Shown: in pieces, positions 31,554 to 41,094 of the stretch
How positions within the stretch are numbered: position 1 is the first letter of the stretch
How the letters are laid out: every line of letters starts with the position of its first letter
Virus record (IMG/VR): IMGVR_UViG_3300020048_000063
Location: 34,804-98,803 of that record
Strand: one strand, 5' to 3'
Source: a virus
Length of the DNA stretch: 64,000 bases
Notes under the pieces: generated by a model
Database searches by the model: none
What the model was told of the DNA's origin: nothing
The model's input: the letters and a program-made list of their open reading frames with translations, nothing else
Translations under genes and position numbers: made by a program

Positions 31554-32009
31554 ATGAAATATTTCGCATATGGTAGTAACATGTCAGAAAATAATTTAAA
31601 AAATAGAGGTGTAATTTACTCAAAGAGACAAAAAGGTATATTAAAAGGTTATAAATTTATAATAAATAAAAAATCTTACAAAGATCCAACTATTGGTTTT
31701 GCTAATATTATTATAGATGAAAATTCTTTTGTTGAAGGTGTATTATATGATGTTAAGGAAACAGAAATACTCAAATTAGATAAATTTGAAGGATTTCCAA
31801 AACACTATTATAAATCAAAAGTTTATGTTGACATTGGAGGTTTTTTTGAAGAAGCAATCGTTTATATTGCACAAACTGAATGGACTTCTATAACAGAATT
31901 AAAAACAACAGAAGAATATAGAAATAAAATATTAGAAGGTAAAGATAGCATATCTGATGAATACTTCCAATTTCTAAATGAAAATATAAAAGTAGAAAAT
32001 GGAAATTGA
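31554..32009 (+). CDS. Gamma-glutamylcyclotransferase (AIG2-like)
   Basis: YFAYGSNM, VEGVLY, LDKFEG. Confidence 0.88.
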   Translation: MKYFAYGSNMSENNLKNRGVIYSKRQKGILKGYKFIINKKSYKDPTIGFANIIIDENSFVEGVLYDVKETEILKLDKFEGFPKHYYKSKVYVDIGGFFEEAIVYIAQTEWTSITELKTTEEYRNKILEGKDSISDEYFQFLNENIKVENGN

Positions 32010-32421
32010 AACTATAAATACAAATTTTACAATTAACTTAGATGGTATTGATGTTTATGTTACTGAAATTATAATCAGTAATGATATACAACATGGTAAT
32101 AGTAGATTTATGCAAGTTCCAACTAGACGAAGTATTTTAATTAAAGGTGAAATTTCTAATAAACAATACTACAATTTAGATAAATGGTTTAATGGAATAT
32201 TAAATAATTATAATGGATTTGGATCAAATTTTTATAAAAAAGATATAATTTTTAATACAGTTAAAATATTTGGAATTTTTCCAACTGATTATACTTTTAA
32301 TCAAAACGGTATAGATGTAAAATTTTCTGCTGATTACATTTCAGGAGATTTGCATCTATTTCGTTTAAAACAACTCCGAAAAGCAAAATTAGATAAGTTA
32401 AATGGGATTGCCACATTTTAG
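31999..32421 (+). CDS. Hypothetical protein
   Basis: C-terminal LRKAKLDKL motif. Confidence 0.7.
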   Translation: MEIETINTNFTINLDGIDVYVTEIIISNDIQHGNSRFMQVPTRRSILIKGEISNKQYYNLDKWFNGILNNYNGFGSNFYKKDIIFNTVKIFGIFPTDYTFNQNGIDVKFSADYISGDLHLFRLKQLRKAKLDKLNGIATF

Positions 32422-32632
32422 AAATATAGGTTCTGTATATAGTGTACCAGCACTATGTGAAATATGTAACGAGGCGGGAAATCATTATGGATATGGTAGA
32501 GATAGAGTGAGTGAATATAGTGAAGTACACGATTTTTGTTCTGAACACGCGGAAGAATATAAAGAAATATACAAAAAGAAAATTAGAAAAATAAAATTAG
32601 AAAAAATAAAGGAATGTCAAAAATCTTCATAA
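32402..32632 (+). CDS. Small putative Zn-binding protein
   Basis: CEIC...CSEH; C-terminal IRKIKLEKI. Confidence 0.6.
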   Translation: MGLPHFRNIGSVYSVPALCEICNEAGNHYGYGRDRVSEYSEVHDFCSEHAEEYKEIYKKKIRKIKLEKIKECQKSS

Positions 32633-33591
32633 TCAGTAACACAAATTTTAATATTTCAAAAAACCTTTCTTCAAAAGAATGGTTAAAACACATGGATTAC
32701 TATTTCTATAATGAATTTATACCTTATTTAACTAATAACGTTCAACCTAATGATATATTAATTCATTTAGGTAACTTTCTATACAAAAGTAAATCTATTG
32801 ACCTAAACATCTTAAAATTCATTCAGGACCTTTTTGAAAAAATATCCACAATATTACCAATTTATATTATTGAAGGTGAAAACGATAAATTAGGATTAAA
32901 CATTCTTAAAAATTTCAATAATATTGAAATTATCAGAGAACCAAAATATATTGAGATTCTTTTAATGCAACAATTTATAATGTTACCATATGGTACTAAG
33001 CCTGATGATATTGATAAATATAATTCTGAATTTTGTTTTTTAAACTTTGATTATAAGAATTCACCACAGAAAGACATTTATATATCAAAACTTAAAAAAT
33101 TTGAAAAATGTTATTGTGGTTATTATGATAAAAATGGTGTAATTGGAAATATAAAAAATCTAGGCGCACCTTATAATATTGATACTGATGATAAAAAAGG
33201 ATTTATTATTTTAGATGTTCTTAACAATAAAGACAAATTTGTTCAAAATAAATTAAGTCCTAATTTCAAAAAAATTTCAATAGAAACAGAATCAGATTTA
33301 AATATTTCACCAGATATTTTTAAAAATAATTATGTAAGTTTAACTATTAACAAGAAACTTCTAATAGATAATAAACTTAAAATTGAAATGCTAATTTCTG
33401 AATATGATATTGTAAATATAACATATTCAGATGATGAGATTATTAAAGACCGAGAAGATATACTAGAATTAAACGAATCATCACTATCATTAAATGATAT
33501 GGTGATTGATTATATAAATCAAACACCATCAGAGAATAAAAAAAGAATTTTGGAAGAATTCAAGAATATTGTTGAACTAAATAGAAAATAA
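32614..33591 (+). CDS. SbcD/Mre11/T4 gp47-like protein with degenerate active site
   Basis: Motif order is conserved (ISNTNF, LIHLGNF, EGEND, CGYYD, LGAPY..DDKKGF) but metal ligands are substituted. Confidence 0.7.
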   Translation: MSKIFIISNTNFNISKNLSSKEWLKHMDYYFYNEFIPYLTNNVQPNDILIHLGNFLYKSKSIDLNILKFIQDLFEKISTILPIYIIEGENDKLGLNILKNFNNIEIIREPKYIEILLMQQFIMLPYGTKPDDIDKYNSEFCFLNFDYKNSPQKDIYISKLKKFEKCYCGYYDKNGVIGNIKNLGAPYNIDTDDKKGFIILDVLNNKDKFVQNKLSPNFKKISIETESDLNISPDIFKNNYVSLTINKKLLIDNKLKIEMLISEYDIVNITYSDDEIIKDREDILELNESSLSLNDMVIDYINQTPSENKKRILEEFKNIVELNRK

Positions 33592-33596
33592 TTTAA

Positions 33597-33941
33597 TTAA
33601 ATAGGAAGACCTTGTAAATCAGATAGTTCAATAACGCTACCATTAAATGTAGTAGGTCCTAATTTTTGAATTGCGGATTTAACTTGATTTGAGCATTCTT
33701 CATAATTAATAAAACATACTGGTTTATCTGTTTCAAAATTAGATTGACGATAATATCCACCATTATTATCTGGTAATCCTAATATATCCTCAATACTAGA
33801 AGTACTACAATCCACAACTACACAATTAGAATCTATCCACGATTTAACTTGCATAGACGTTCTATCATATTCATTGAATATAATATATTTGTCATAACTA
33901 TCTGGTTTAGCAAAATTTTCAAATTTTTTGAGATGTTTCAT
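33597..33941 (-). CDS. Tagged hypothetical protein resembling an AAA ATPase fragment
   Basis: MKHLKKFENF N-terminus; EDILGLP and VKSAIQKL; late motif at 33959-33968. Confidence 0.6.
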   Translation of the reverse strand: MKHLKKFENFAKPDSYDKYIIFNEYDRTSMQVKSWIDSNCVVVDCSTSSIEDILGLPDNNGGYYRQSNFETDKPVCFINYEECSNQVKSAIQKLGPTTFNGSVIELSDLQGLPI

Positions 33942-33985
33942 AATTTATTTTTTTAGTATATATATTAATTTTTTTATTCATATTT

Positions 33986-34624
33986 TTAACTTATATTATT
34001 TTTAAACCTCTTTTCTATAAATCCATAATCTACAAAAGCACCTTCTATATCAGAAAAAGAATTCATCTGGGTAGTCAACATAGGATTTGGCATTAAGCAT
34101 ACAAATTTATCTTGAAAATATTGAGCACAAAATACATCTAAAATATCACCGAAAACTTTTATTTCTTTTATTTTATCGTATTTATTTATAAAATGATCAT
34201 AAGCTAAATTACTATATGCTAATGAATGTGTTGCAAATGCGTTTTTTAATAAAATTAAATTAGGCTTAAACTTAATTAATTTATCATGTGTATTTGCACC
34301 AAGATAAAATATATGCCAATTTATGCCTTGTGATTGGTTTATTGCAAGTTGTAAAATTTCAGATGGATTTGGAACCAAAAATTCAAAATCATCTTCAAAA
34401 ATAAGCACATTTTTTAATTTCTTTTCTTTTGCCTTTTTTATAATTTCTAAATTTGATTGTATTAAACCTATTCTTCCATCAGTATGTTTTATGGCAGAAA
34501 ATCTTTGTACTCTTTCTAATATATCAACTTTCTTAAATTCTTCTTGTGCATGTTGCCATCTATCCACACGATGGTCTAAATTAATACAATGTATTTCATC
34601 AAAATAATCAAATGGGTTACTCAT
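33986..34624 (-). CDS. Glycosyltransferase family 25-like
   Basis: CINLDHRVDRW, RFSAI, VLIFEDD, YLG, THSLAY. Confidence 0.85.
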   Translation of the reverse strand: MSNPFDYFDEIHCINLDHRVDRWQHAQEEFKKVDILERVQRFSAIKHTDGRIGLIQSNLEIIKKAKEKKLKNVLIFEDDFEFLVPNPSEILQLAINQSQGINWHIFYLGANTHDKLIKFKPNLILLKNAFATHSLAYSNLAYDHFINKYDKIKEIKVFGDILDVFCAQYFQDKFVCLMPNPMLTTQMNSFSDIEGAFVDYGFIEKRFKNNIS

Positions 34625-34686
34625 ATAAAAGTTTTTTTTATTTATATAAAAGTATTTTTTAATTGTTTAATTTAATATATAGATAT

Positions 34687-35034
34687 ATGAGGCATATTAA
34701 AATATATGAAAATTATAAACCTAAGATACAAGAAGGTGATTATATAGTAATAAACATAAAAACAACATCTTATCAATTTGATGAATTTATAAATAATAAT
34801 ATAGGACAATTAATTTATATAGTACCATATAATACAGACTCATATTATATAAGATATGAAAACATACCAAAAATCATAAACCGCTGGTTTCATGGAAAAG
34901 ATAAATTATTACCAAGTGATCCAGACCTTGAAAATTCCAAATGTTTTAACATACATGCTATAAATATAATAGATTACGCAAAAGATAAAAGTGAATTAGA
35001 ATATATATTTGACTCTAAAAATTATAACTTATAA
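34687..35034 (+). CDS. Tagged hypothetical protein (MRHIKIYENY...KNYNL)
   Basis: Start reassigned to the ATG after late motif 34672-34681. Confidence 0.75.
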   Translation: MRHIKIYENYKPKIQEGDYIVINIKTTSYQFDEFINNNIGQLIYIVPYNTDSYYIRYENIPKIINRWFHGKDKLLPSDPDLENSKCFNIHAINIIDYAKDKSELEYIFDSKNYNL

Positions 35035-35056
35035 AAAATTCAAAATATAACTTATT

Positions 35057-35638
35057 ATGATAAAAAAATATTCAGAATATATTAAAGAATCAATTACTAC
35101 TGATATTACTGGTTTATTAGATAGTATAAATGACAAAAAAGTTGATTTTTATGCCATACATTTAGCAAATGATGAATTTACTAGTATGCCAATAGAAACC
35201 TTATATGATCATGCAGAATTTAATAAGCAGTTGTTCAAGGAAAATCTTAAAAAAGGTGAAATGGAAACTACAATGGACATTGAGAATTTTCTTAGAAAAG
35301 ATATTGACATGAAATTTTTCTTTCTTTATAGTAGAAATGAGACCATATTAAATAATCCCAATTTTTTGATTATACAATATTATAAAGATAATAAGTGGTA
35401 TCCTATTGAAATATATTCTATTAAAGGTTCAATTGAAAAATTCTACGAAAAATTAACTGCAAAAACAGTTGAACTTACACTCAATAATATAACCTATAGA
35501 TATGAAACTTCAAATTCTGGTAATAATTGGTTATTAGTAGATAAAGATAAAAAAACTGATCAATTCAAAGAAAACTTAAATACAAATAGTATTAAAGAAT
35601 TAATTCGTTCAGGTGCTAAATTAAAAATTATTGATTAA
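35057..35638 (+). CDS. Hypothetical protein with CTS-like N-terminus
   Basis: MIKKYSEYIKES. Confidence 0.75.
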   Translation: MIKKYSEYIKESITTDITGLLDSINDKKVDFYAIHLANDEFTSMPIETLYDHAEFNKQLFKENLKKGEMETTMDIENFLRKDIDMKFFFLYSRNETILNNPNFLIIQYYKDNKWYPIEIYSIKGSIEKFYEKLTAKTVELTLNNITYRYETSNSGNNWLLVDKDKKTDQFKENLNTNSIKELIRSGAKLKIID

Positions 35639-36012
35639 TGAAAAATTATAAACTTTTTTGTGAAAATAAGGTTGATGGATATTTTTACAAAATTCATTTC
35701 AATGATAAAAATGTTGAAGATTATTTAATATGTGACATAAATATGTGTGCTAAAAGTTACAGAACATTTGATATAAAATTTTTTGATTTAGTTAAAAATA
35801 GAAAAATTCAAAAAATATTATTTGGTTTCTATTTTAAAGATACTACTATACTTGCTGATATATTAGTTGGAGGTAACAGTGAAAAAGAAGAAAAATTATT
35901 AACAAATCCAACACTTAGAATATTAGCAGAAAACGAAGAACTTTATATTGATCTTTTAGAAATATTTGATCCTGATCATATCAAAGTTGCAATGAGAAAA
36001 TATAACCTATAA
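35638..36012 (+). CDS. Tagged hypothetical protein (MKNYKLFCEN...RKYNL)
   Basis: Both terminal motifs present. Confidence 0.75.
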   Translation: MKNYKLFCENKVDGYFYKIHFNDKNVEDYLICDINMCAKSYRTFDIKFFDLVKNRKIQKILFGFYFKDTTILADILVGGNSEKEEKLLTNPTLRILAENEELYIDLLEIFDPDHIKVAMRKYNL

Positions 36013-36088
36013 AAAATTGAATAAAAATATTAATATATAGAGATATAAAAAATTGAATAAAAATATTAATATATAGAGATATAAAAAA
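36008..36088 (+). repeat. 36-bp direct tandem duplication containing the late promoter motif
   Basis: TATAAAAAATTGAATAAAAATATTAATATATAGAGA at 36008-36043 and 36044-36079, plus a partial third start. Confidence 0.9.
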
Positions 36089-36101
36089 ATAAAGAAAATA
36101 T

Positions 36102-36476
36102 ATGAAACACATAAAAACATTTGAATCATTTGAAGGAACTGAACAAATAGATGAATGGTTCGGTCAAAAATTTATCACAGGACATGATAAGGGAGAAAAA
36201 GAGAATGCTAAAGCTGTTCTTATGGGTTCTATTGAAGATGCTATAGAAGAAATGGAAAGTGATTCTGAATCATATGCACATGATGATACAGAAACTTTAA
36301 GACAAGATTTAATGACATTAGCGAAACAAGATAACTATAGAGGTAGAATTGAAAAAAGAACTTCCAGAGAAAGTGGACTTATAAATATAATTTATGTACC
36401 ACAAGCAACAGGTTTACAAAATTTAGGTTCTGGTGCAGCAGCAGGTACAGGAACAAAATTAATGGGTAGATATTAA
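36102..36476 (+). CDS. Hypothetical protein with CTS-like N-terminus
   Basis: MKHIKTFESF; Gly/Ala-rich C-terminus. Confidence 0.75.
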   Translation: MKHIKTFESFEGTEQIDEWFGQKFITGHDKGEKENAKAVLMGSIEDAIEEMESDSESYAHDDTETLRQDLMTLAKQDNYRGRIEKRTSRESGLINIIYVPQATGLQNLGSGAAAGTGTKLMGRY

Positions 36477-36490
36477 AATACAAATTAATT

Positions 36491-36530
36491 AAACAAAAAA
36501 AACAAGTGAAATCACTTGTTTTTTTGTTTT
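36491..36530. terminator. Bidirectional terminator
   Basis: AACAAGTGA-aa-TCACTTGTT hairpin with A/T tails between convergent genes. Confidence 0.8.
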
Positions 36531-36970
36531 AAAATTTCTAACTCTATAGGCAACAGAGAATCTATTGAATTTGAACTTATCCTATCTAAAATATTATCCT
36601 TTGTTATATTATACTCAATATAACTATTTAATATAGTATTATTATTTTCCTCTGAATATAACTCGAAAAAGTTTTTATCACTATTAATAAAATCAATAAT
36701 ATTATCAACCCTTCCAAATTTAATTAACATTTTATGCTTCCTGAAAAATTCAATTAATTTTGCAACTTTATAATCATCTACAAAAGTAAGATAAATTGAT
36801 TTATCATCAATATCAAGACCAGTAATGGCATCACTATCCTCTGGTTCTAAAAATTGAGAGACATTTTCTACAAATTCTTTTTCTAATTCTGGATTATTTC
36901 TTACTGTAATATGATACAAATCATTTGCAATATTTGTTGTTTTTTTGTTCACGAAGTCCATTATGAGCAT
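36512..36970 (-). CDS. Hypothetical protein with C-terminal DUF6576-like helix pair
   Basis: DNILDRISSNSIDSLLPIELEIL; early promoter at 37007-37014. Confidence 0.6.
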   Translation of the reverse strand: MLIMDFVNKKTTNIANDLYHITVRNNPELEKEFVENVSQFLEPEDSDAITGLDIDDKSIYLTFVDDYKVAKLIEFFRKHKMLIKFGRVDNIIDFINSDKNFFELYSEENNNTILNSYIEYNITKDNILDRISSNSIDSLLPIELEILKQKNK

Positions 36971-37038
36971 ATTCTTTTCTCCTGTATATTAATTAGTTAC
37001 ATAAGCCAAAATTATAACTTTTTTACAAATAAAAAAAA

Positions 37039-37794
37039 TCAAATTTTAGATTTTATTTTTTTTAATGCTAAATCGCATTGTTTTCCACTTATTTCACTAC
37101 CAATAAAATTACATTTTTTTTCTATGGAACCTAAAGCTGTGGTACCAACACCCATGAAATTATCATAAACCAAATCTCCTTCATTACCATATAAATCAAT
37201 AAGTTTGACAACTAAATCTGTTGAAAAAGTTGCCTTATTTAAATCATTAGATCCATCGTTATTTTTAGCCTCAATATAATTATCAACTATTTGATAGTAT
37301 TTTTGACCTCTTTCAGAAACAGAAGTAACTAATTTAAACATCTTAAACGTTTTTACCTCTTTTTTTCTAGCAAAAACCCAAATAAATTCAAAAATCCTAT
37401 TAAGTCTATTATAGCTTGCTGGATGTGGCATAGACGTGTTCTTTTTCCAAAGTATAGTATCAACTATTTCCCAATTTGTATTTTCAACAATTTTAGATGC
37501 TAATTTGTACGGTAGAGATGGATTCTCAATAGAGTAACTAAAATTGTAAAGTACAACTCTATTTTCTTTCACAACTTTATCATAATTATTGAAAATCTCA
37601 ATTGTCCAATCTATATATTCAGATTCATTCATATTATCCCTGTATTGGTCATACTTTCCCATATCAGACGGTCCACCTTTTCTTTTTTTTGAAAAATTGT
37701 ATGGCGGTGAAGTAATCACCAAATCAACAAAATTTGGTGGCATATTATTCATAGTAGTTAAACAATCTTCATTGTATATCGTATTTATATTCAA
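37039..37794 (-). CDS. Beta-class amino (N4-C/N6-A) DNA methyltransferase
   Basis: ITSPPYN motif IV precedes DNFMGVGTT motif I. Confidence 0.9.
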   Translation of the reverse strand: MNINTIYNEDCLTTMNNMPPNFVDLVITSPPYNFSKKRKGGPSDMGKYDQYRDNMNESEYIDWTIEIFNNYDKVVKENRVVLYNFSYSIENPSLPYKLASKIVENTNWEIVDTILWKKNTSMPHPASYNRLNRIFEFIWVFARKKEVKTFKMFKLVTSVSERGQKYYQIVDNYIEAKNNDGSNDLNKATFSTDLVVKLIDLYGNEGDLVYDNFMGVGTTALGSIEKKCNFIGSEISGKQCDLALKKIKSKI

Positions 37795-37839
37795 TTTTCA
37801 TCTTATTTTTTTTATATATAGAAAAAAAGATTTCTAAAG

Positions 37840-38529
37840 ATGATAGTTTATAAAAAAATAAATGAATATTTAGATAATAAAGAAAAAGGTGAATATCAAC
37901 AATTGATTGACTATACCAAAATTTCAGATAATTTAAGTAATGACCATATTAAAGAATTGTGTAAAGAAGCAGAAAATAACAATTTTTATTCAATTTGTAT
38001 TTTACCAAATGCTATATCAACCGCGCATTCATTTTTAAAAGGTGTCAAAATAGTTGCATTAATAGATTTTCCAAAGGGAGAAAGTGATATAAAACAAAAA
38101 ATAAGTGAAATTGATGAAACTATTGTAAATGGTGCAAGTGAAGTTGATGTTGTTATTAATTATAAACTTGTTAAAGATCCTGAAGAACATGAAAAGTTAG
38201 AAAAAGAGATAAGAGAATTAACAGAATATTGCCATCGTGAAAGTATAATAGTTAAAATTATAATTGAAATGGGAGCATTAAATTATCAAGAATTAGAAAC
38301 TATCTGTAAAATGTGTAGTGAAAACAATGCTGATTTTATAATGACTTCAACTGGAAAATTACCAAAAGACGATCCATTTGAAACAAAAGTTGAAAAGGTA
38401 AAATTTATGAGAAAAATATTACCAGATGAAATGAAAATTAAATTTTCTGGTGGTATTAGAACTATAGAACAAATCAAAGAATTAAAACCACTTGTTGATA
38501 GAATCGGCACAAGTGTAATTCCACAGTAA
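37840..38529 (+). CDS. deoC: Deoxyribose-phosphate aldolase-like protein (Schiff-base Lys replaced by Met)
   Basis: IDYT, DFPKG, GASEVDVVIN, VKIIIE, ADFIMTSTG, IKFSGGIRT, RIGTS. Confidence 0.85.
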   Translation: MIVYKKINEYLDNKEKGEYQQLIDYTKISDNLSNDHIKELCKEAENNNFYSICILPNAISTAHSFLKGVKIVALIDFPKGESDIKQKISEIDETIVNGASEVDVVINYKLVKDPEEHEKLEKEIRELTEYCHRESIIVKIIIEMGALNYQELETICKMCSENNADFIMTSTGKLPKDDPFETKVEKVKFMRKILPDEMKIKFSGGIRTIEQIKELKPLVDRIGTSVIPQ

Positions 38530-38531
38530 TT

Positions 38532-39014
38532 ATGAAATATTTAAAACTATTTGAAAGTAAAAGAGATGTAGTAGAGAATCAATTAATGAAAATAATTATA
38601 TTTGAAGAAAAAGGATTTGATAGTTATTTATATAAAAATTTTTATAAAGATAAATCTTTTGGAAACTTATATACTATTAATTTTGTAAATGATGATAATT
38701 TCACACCACTAACAGCGGCAGTTTATTATGAAAGAACTGAAATTTTAGAAAAACTTATAAAATTTGGTGCAAATGTAAATTATACAAATGAAAATGGTGA
38801 AACTCCATTAATGGTAGCAGCAACAGAAAACAACTTAGATATGTTAAGGATATTGACTGATAACGGTGCAGATTGGAATAAAAGAAATATAAGTGGAAAT
38901 GATTTTTTTGATTGTTTATTTGACGCTGAGTATGAACAGATACTTATAGAAGAATATCCGAAAAAATATGAAGATTATATTATAAAAAAAGATGCAAAAA
39001 AGTATAATTTATGA
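38532..39014 (+). CDS. Ankyrin repeat protein, dual-tagged (MKYLKLFES...KKYNL)
   Basis: TPLTAAV..LIKFGANVN, GETPLMVA..GADWN. Confidence 0.85.
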   Translation: MKYLKLFESKRDVVENQLMKIIIFEEKGFDSYLYKNFYKDKSFGNLYTINFVNDDNFTPLTAAVYYERTEILEKLIKFGANVNYTNENGETPLMVAATENNLDMLRILTDNGADWNKRNISGNDFFDCLFDAEYEQILIEEYPKKYEDYIIKKDAKKYNL

Positions 39015-39394
39015 AACATCTAAAATTATATGAAGAAACATTTCCAGTTCCAACAGAAGAAGAATTAGAAAAATATGATATCAAAGTTGGGAATTATGTC
39101 ATTGCAAATGAAAATTTTTTCAATTCAATTAGAAATCCATATTTTATTAATGAGTTGATTACTAAAGAAATAGGAAAAGTAGATAAAATTTTTATTAGCA
39201 ATAAGGGATATAGAAATGAGCAGGTTTATTGTAGTGTTCGGTATACTAATATACCAGAAAGTATTTTAAAGCATATTAGTAATAAACCAGCCACGTTTAT
39301 ACATTCTATTAGGATTGATGATCTGAGAAAAGTATCACCAGAGGAATTTGAAAAGTATCAATTATCAAAAGTCGCAAATAAATATAACTTGTAA
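39011..39394 (+). CDS. Tagged hypothetical protein (MKHLKLYEE...NKYNL)
   Basis: Both terminal motifs; similar in layout to 34687-35034. Confidence 0.75.
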   Translation: MKHLKLYEETFPVPTEEELEKYDIKVGNYVIANENFFNSIRNPYFINELITKEIGKVDKIFISNKGYRNEQVYCSVRYTNIPESILKHISNKPATFIHSIRIDDLRKVSPEEFEKYQLSKVANKYNL

Positions 39395-39422
39395 TTTTTT
39401 TATTAAAATAAAAACAATATCT

Positions 39423-39761
39423 TTGATAACAATTTATAAAAGTTTTATGGAATCCAATCTTTCAAATGATTTAAAATCATATGCTGAATATCTTTTAGAT
39501 AAATATATAAAATCTCCGAACTCAACAGAAGATAGTGGATTTTATCTTAGACTAAAACAATTTTGTGAAGAAGGTAGAATCAAAGGAATACTCAGTAAAA
39601 ATGACAAGGTTACAACAAAAATTGATATATTAAATATATGTGGTAATGACTTAAGAAAAGTTTTAGGAGTTGACAATGATACATTTGAAGATTTTCAATT
39701 AAGAAGATATAATCCAAATGAATATAAATTGCAAAAGGATGTAAAAAAATATAATTTATGA
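39423..39761 (+). CDS. Hypothetical protein ending KKYNL (start TTG 39423 or ATG 39447)
   Basis: The TTG start gives a CTS-like MITIYKSFMES but overlaps an early promoter motif (TATCTTTG, 39418-39425). Confidence 0.65.
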   Translation: MITIYKSFMESNLSNDLKSYAEYLLDKYIKSPNSTEDSGFYLRLKQFCEEGRIKGILSKNDKVTTKIDILNICGNDLRKVLGVDNDTFEDFQLRRYNPNEYKLQKDVKKYNL

Positions 39762-40405
39762 TAACACATTTTAACAAATTTCTTATGAACGAATCACTTA
39801 ATCATTTTGATCTCAGTAAACTAGTCACAATTGTTAATATAAAACAGGATAATGAAGGTAACTGGATTTATACAACAAAAGATAATAGACAACTTACTTT
39901 ACCAAAAGAACAAGCAAATAAAATAACCTTAGTAGATAGTAAACTTGCAGATTTTGTAAATAATGGGCATCCAATTACAAAGTATTTTGAACTTGATTTA
40001 GATACTATCATTTATGCCGCAAATTTTGCTGTTGATGCAATAGCAATGAGAGAAGGTAGAGTATATTTAATTGAACGAAAAGATGGTCGCGGTTGGGCAA
40101 TTCCTGGTGGATTTATTGATGCCGGTGAAACACCAGAACAAGCAGCATTAAGGGAATTACAAGAAGAAACATTAGCAAAACCAAAAGATATTAAGAGTGT
40201 TGAATCATTAGGAATGTTTAAAACTAGTGATCCAAGAGAAATTGATTTTTTCTCTTTTATATTTGTTTTTCAAATTAAAGCTTCTGCTGAATTAAAATTT
40301 GCTGATGATGCTACAAATGGAAAATGGTTACTATTAAGTAGGGCAATTAAAAGCAAATTAGCTTTTCCACATCACAACGATTTTCTAAAAAAAGTTACTT
40401 ATTAA
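39758..40405 (+). CDS. NUDIX hydrolase with CTS-like N-terminus
   Basis: Nudix box GGFIDAGETPEQAALRELQEET, DPR, ADDA. Confidence 0.88.
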   Translation: MITHFNKFLMNESLNHFDLSKLVTIVNIKQDNEGNWIYTTKDNRQLTLPKEQANKITLVDSKLADFVNNGHPITKYFELDLDTIIYAANFAVDAIAMREGRVYLIERKDGRGWAIPGGFIDAGETPEQAALRELQEETLAKPKDIKSVESLGMFKTSDPREIDFFSFIFVFQIKASAELKFADDATNGKWLLLSRAIKSKLAFPHHNDFLKKVTY

Positions 40406-41075
40406 TTTTCTCTTTTTCCCTTTTCATTGGTAATGGTGGAGATATTTTAAATTCTCTATTTAAATATCTTCTAAATTCATTTTCAACATAATAAGGTGGT
40501 ACAACTTTATTATCATTCTCTTTTTCCATTTTAGTTGCTAACATATATGCAAAACTTATAATATGTTCTCTTCTCACCATATTTATTAATCCTTTTTCTA
40601 CAGCAAAGGATTTATAAAACCAATCATCATAAAAATGCACAAACTCACCCTCACTAATATCAATTGCTTTTATTATTATACCTGACATAAAACTTTTATA
40701 ATCAACTTTCTTCACAAGCATAATAGGTACTAAAATTTTTATTAATGCCCTTGAACCACCTAAAAATTGTGAAACTACCCATAAAGGAAGATATATAAAA
40801 GCTAATGCTAAAGGAATTGCTCTATGAAGAAACTTAAAAATACCTTGTAAATATTCTCTATTTTCCTTAAATTTTATAGCATCTGAGTGAAGTGCCTTTA
40901 ATACTCCGAATGTTAGTTTTTTACCACTTGCTAATTGATTATATAATTTCCCTTGCTTTGCTACTTCTTTAATCTTTTTTAATTCTTCATCACTTTTAAA
41001 ACTAAAAATATTGGAAATATCAATAGAAGTAAAGTCATATATATCATCAACAAATTCATAAAGTTTTATAATCAT
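40395..41075 (-). CDS. Hypothetical protein with hydrophobic hairpin
   Basis: MIIKLYEF start; late motif at 41081-41090. Confidence 0.7.
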   Translation of the reverse strand: MIIKLYEFVDDIYDFTSIDISNIFSFKSDEELKKIKEVAKQGKLYNQLASGKKLTFGVLKALHSDAIKFKENREYLQGIFKFLHRAIPLALAFIYLPLWVVSQFLGGSRALIKILVPIMLVKKVDYKSFMSGIIIKAIDISEGEFVHFYDDWFYKSFAVEKGLINMVRREHIISFAYMLATKMEKENDNKVVPPYYVENEFRRYLNREFKISPPLPMKREKEKINK

Positions 41076-41094
41076 AGCATTATATATAAAAAAA

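Noticed and set aside
36008-36088. 36-bp repeat as a CRISPR array
   Set aside because: The copies are adjacent with no spacers, and no cas genes are present.
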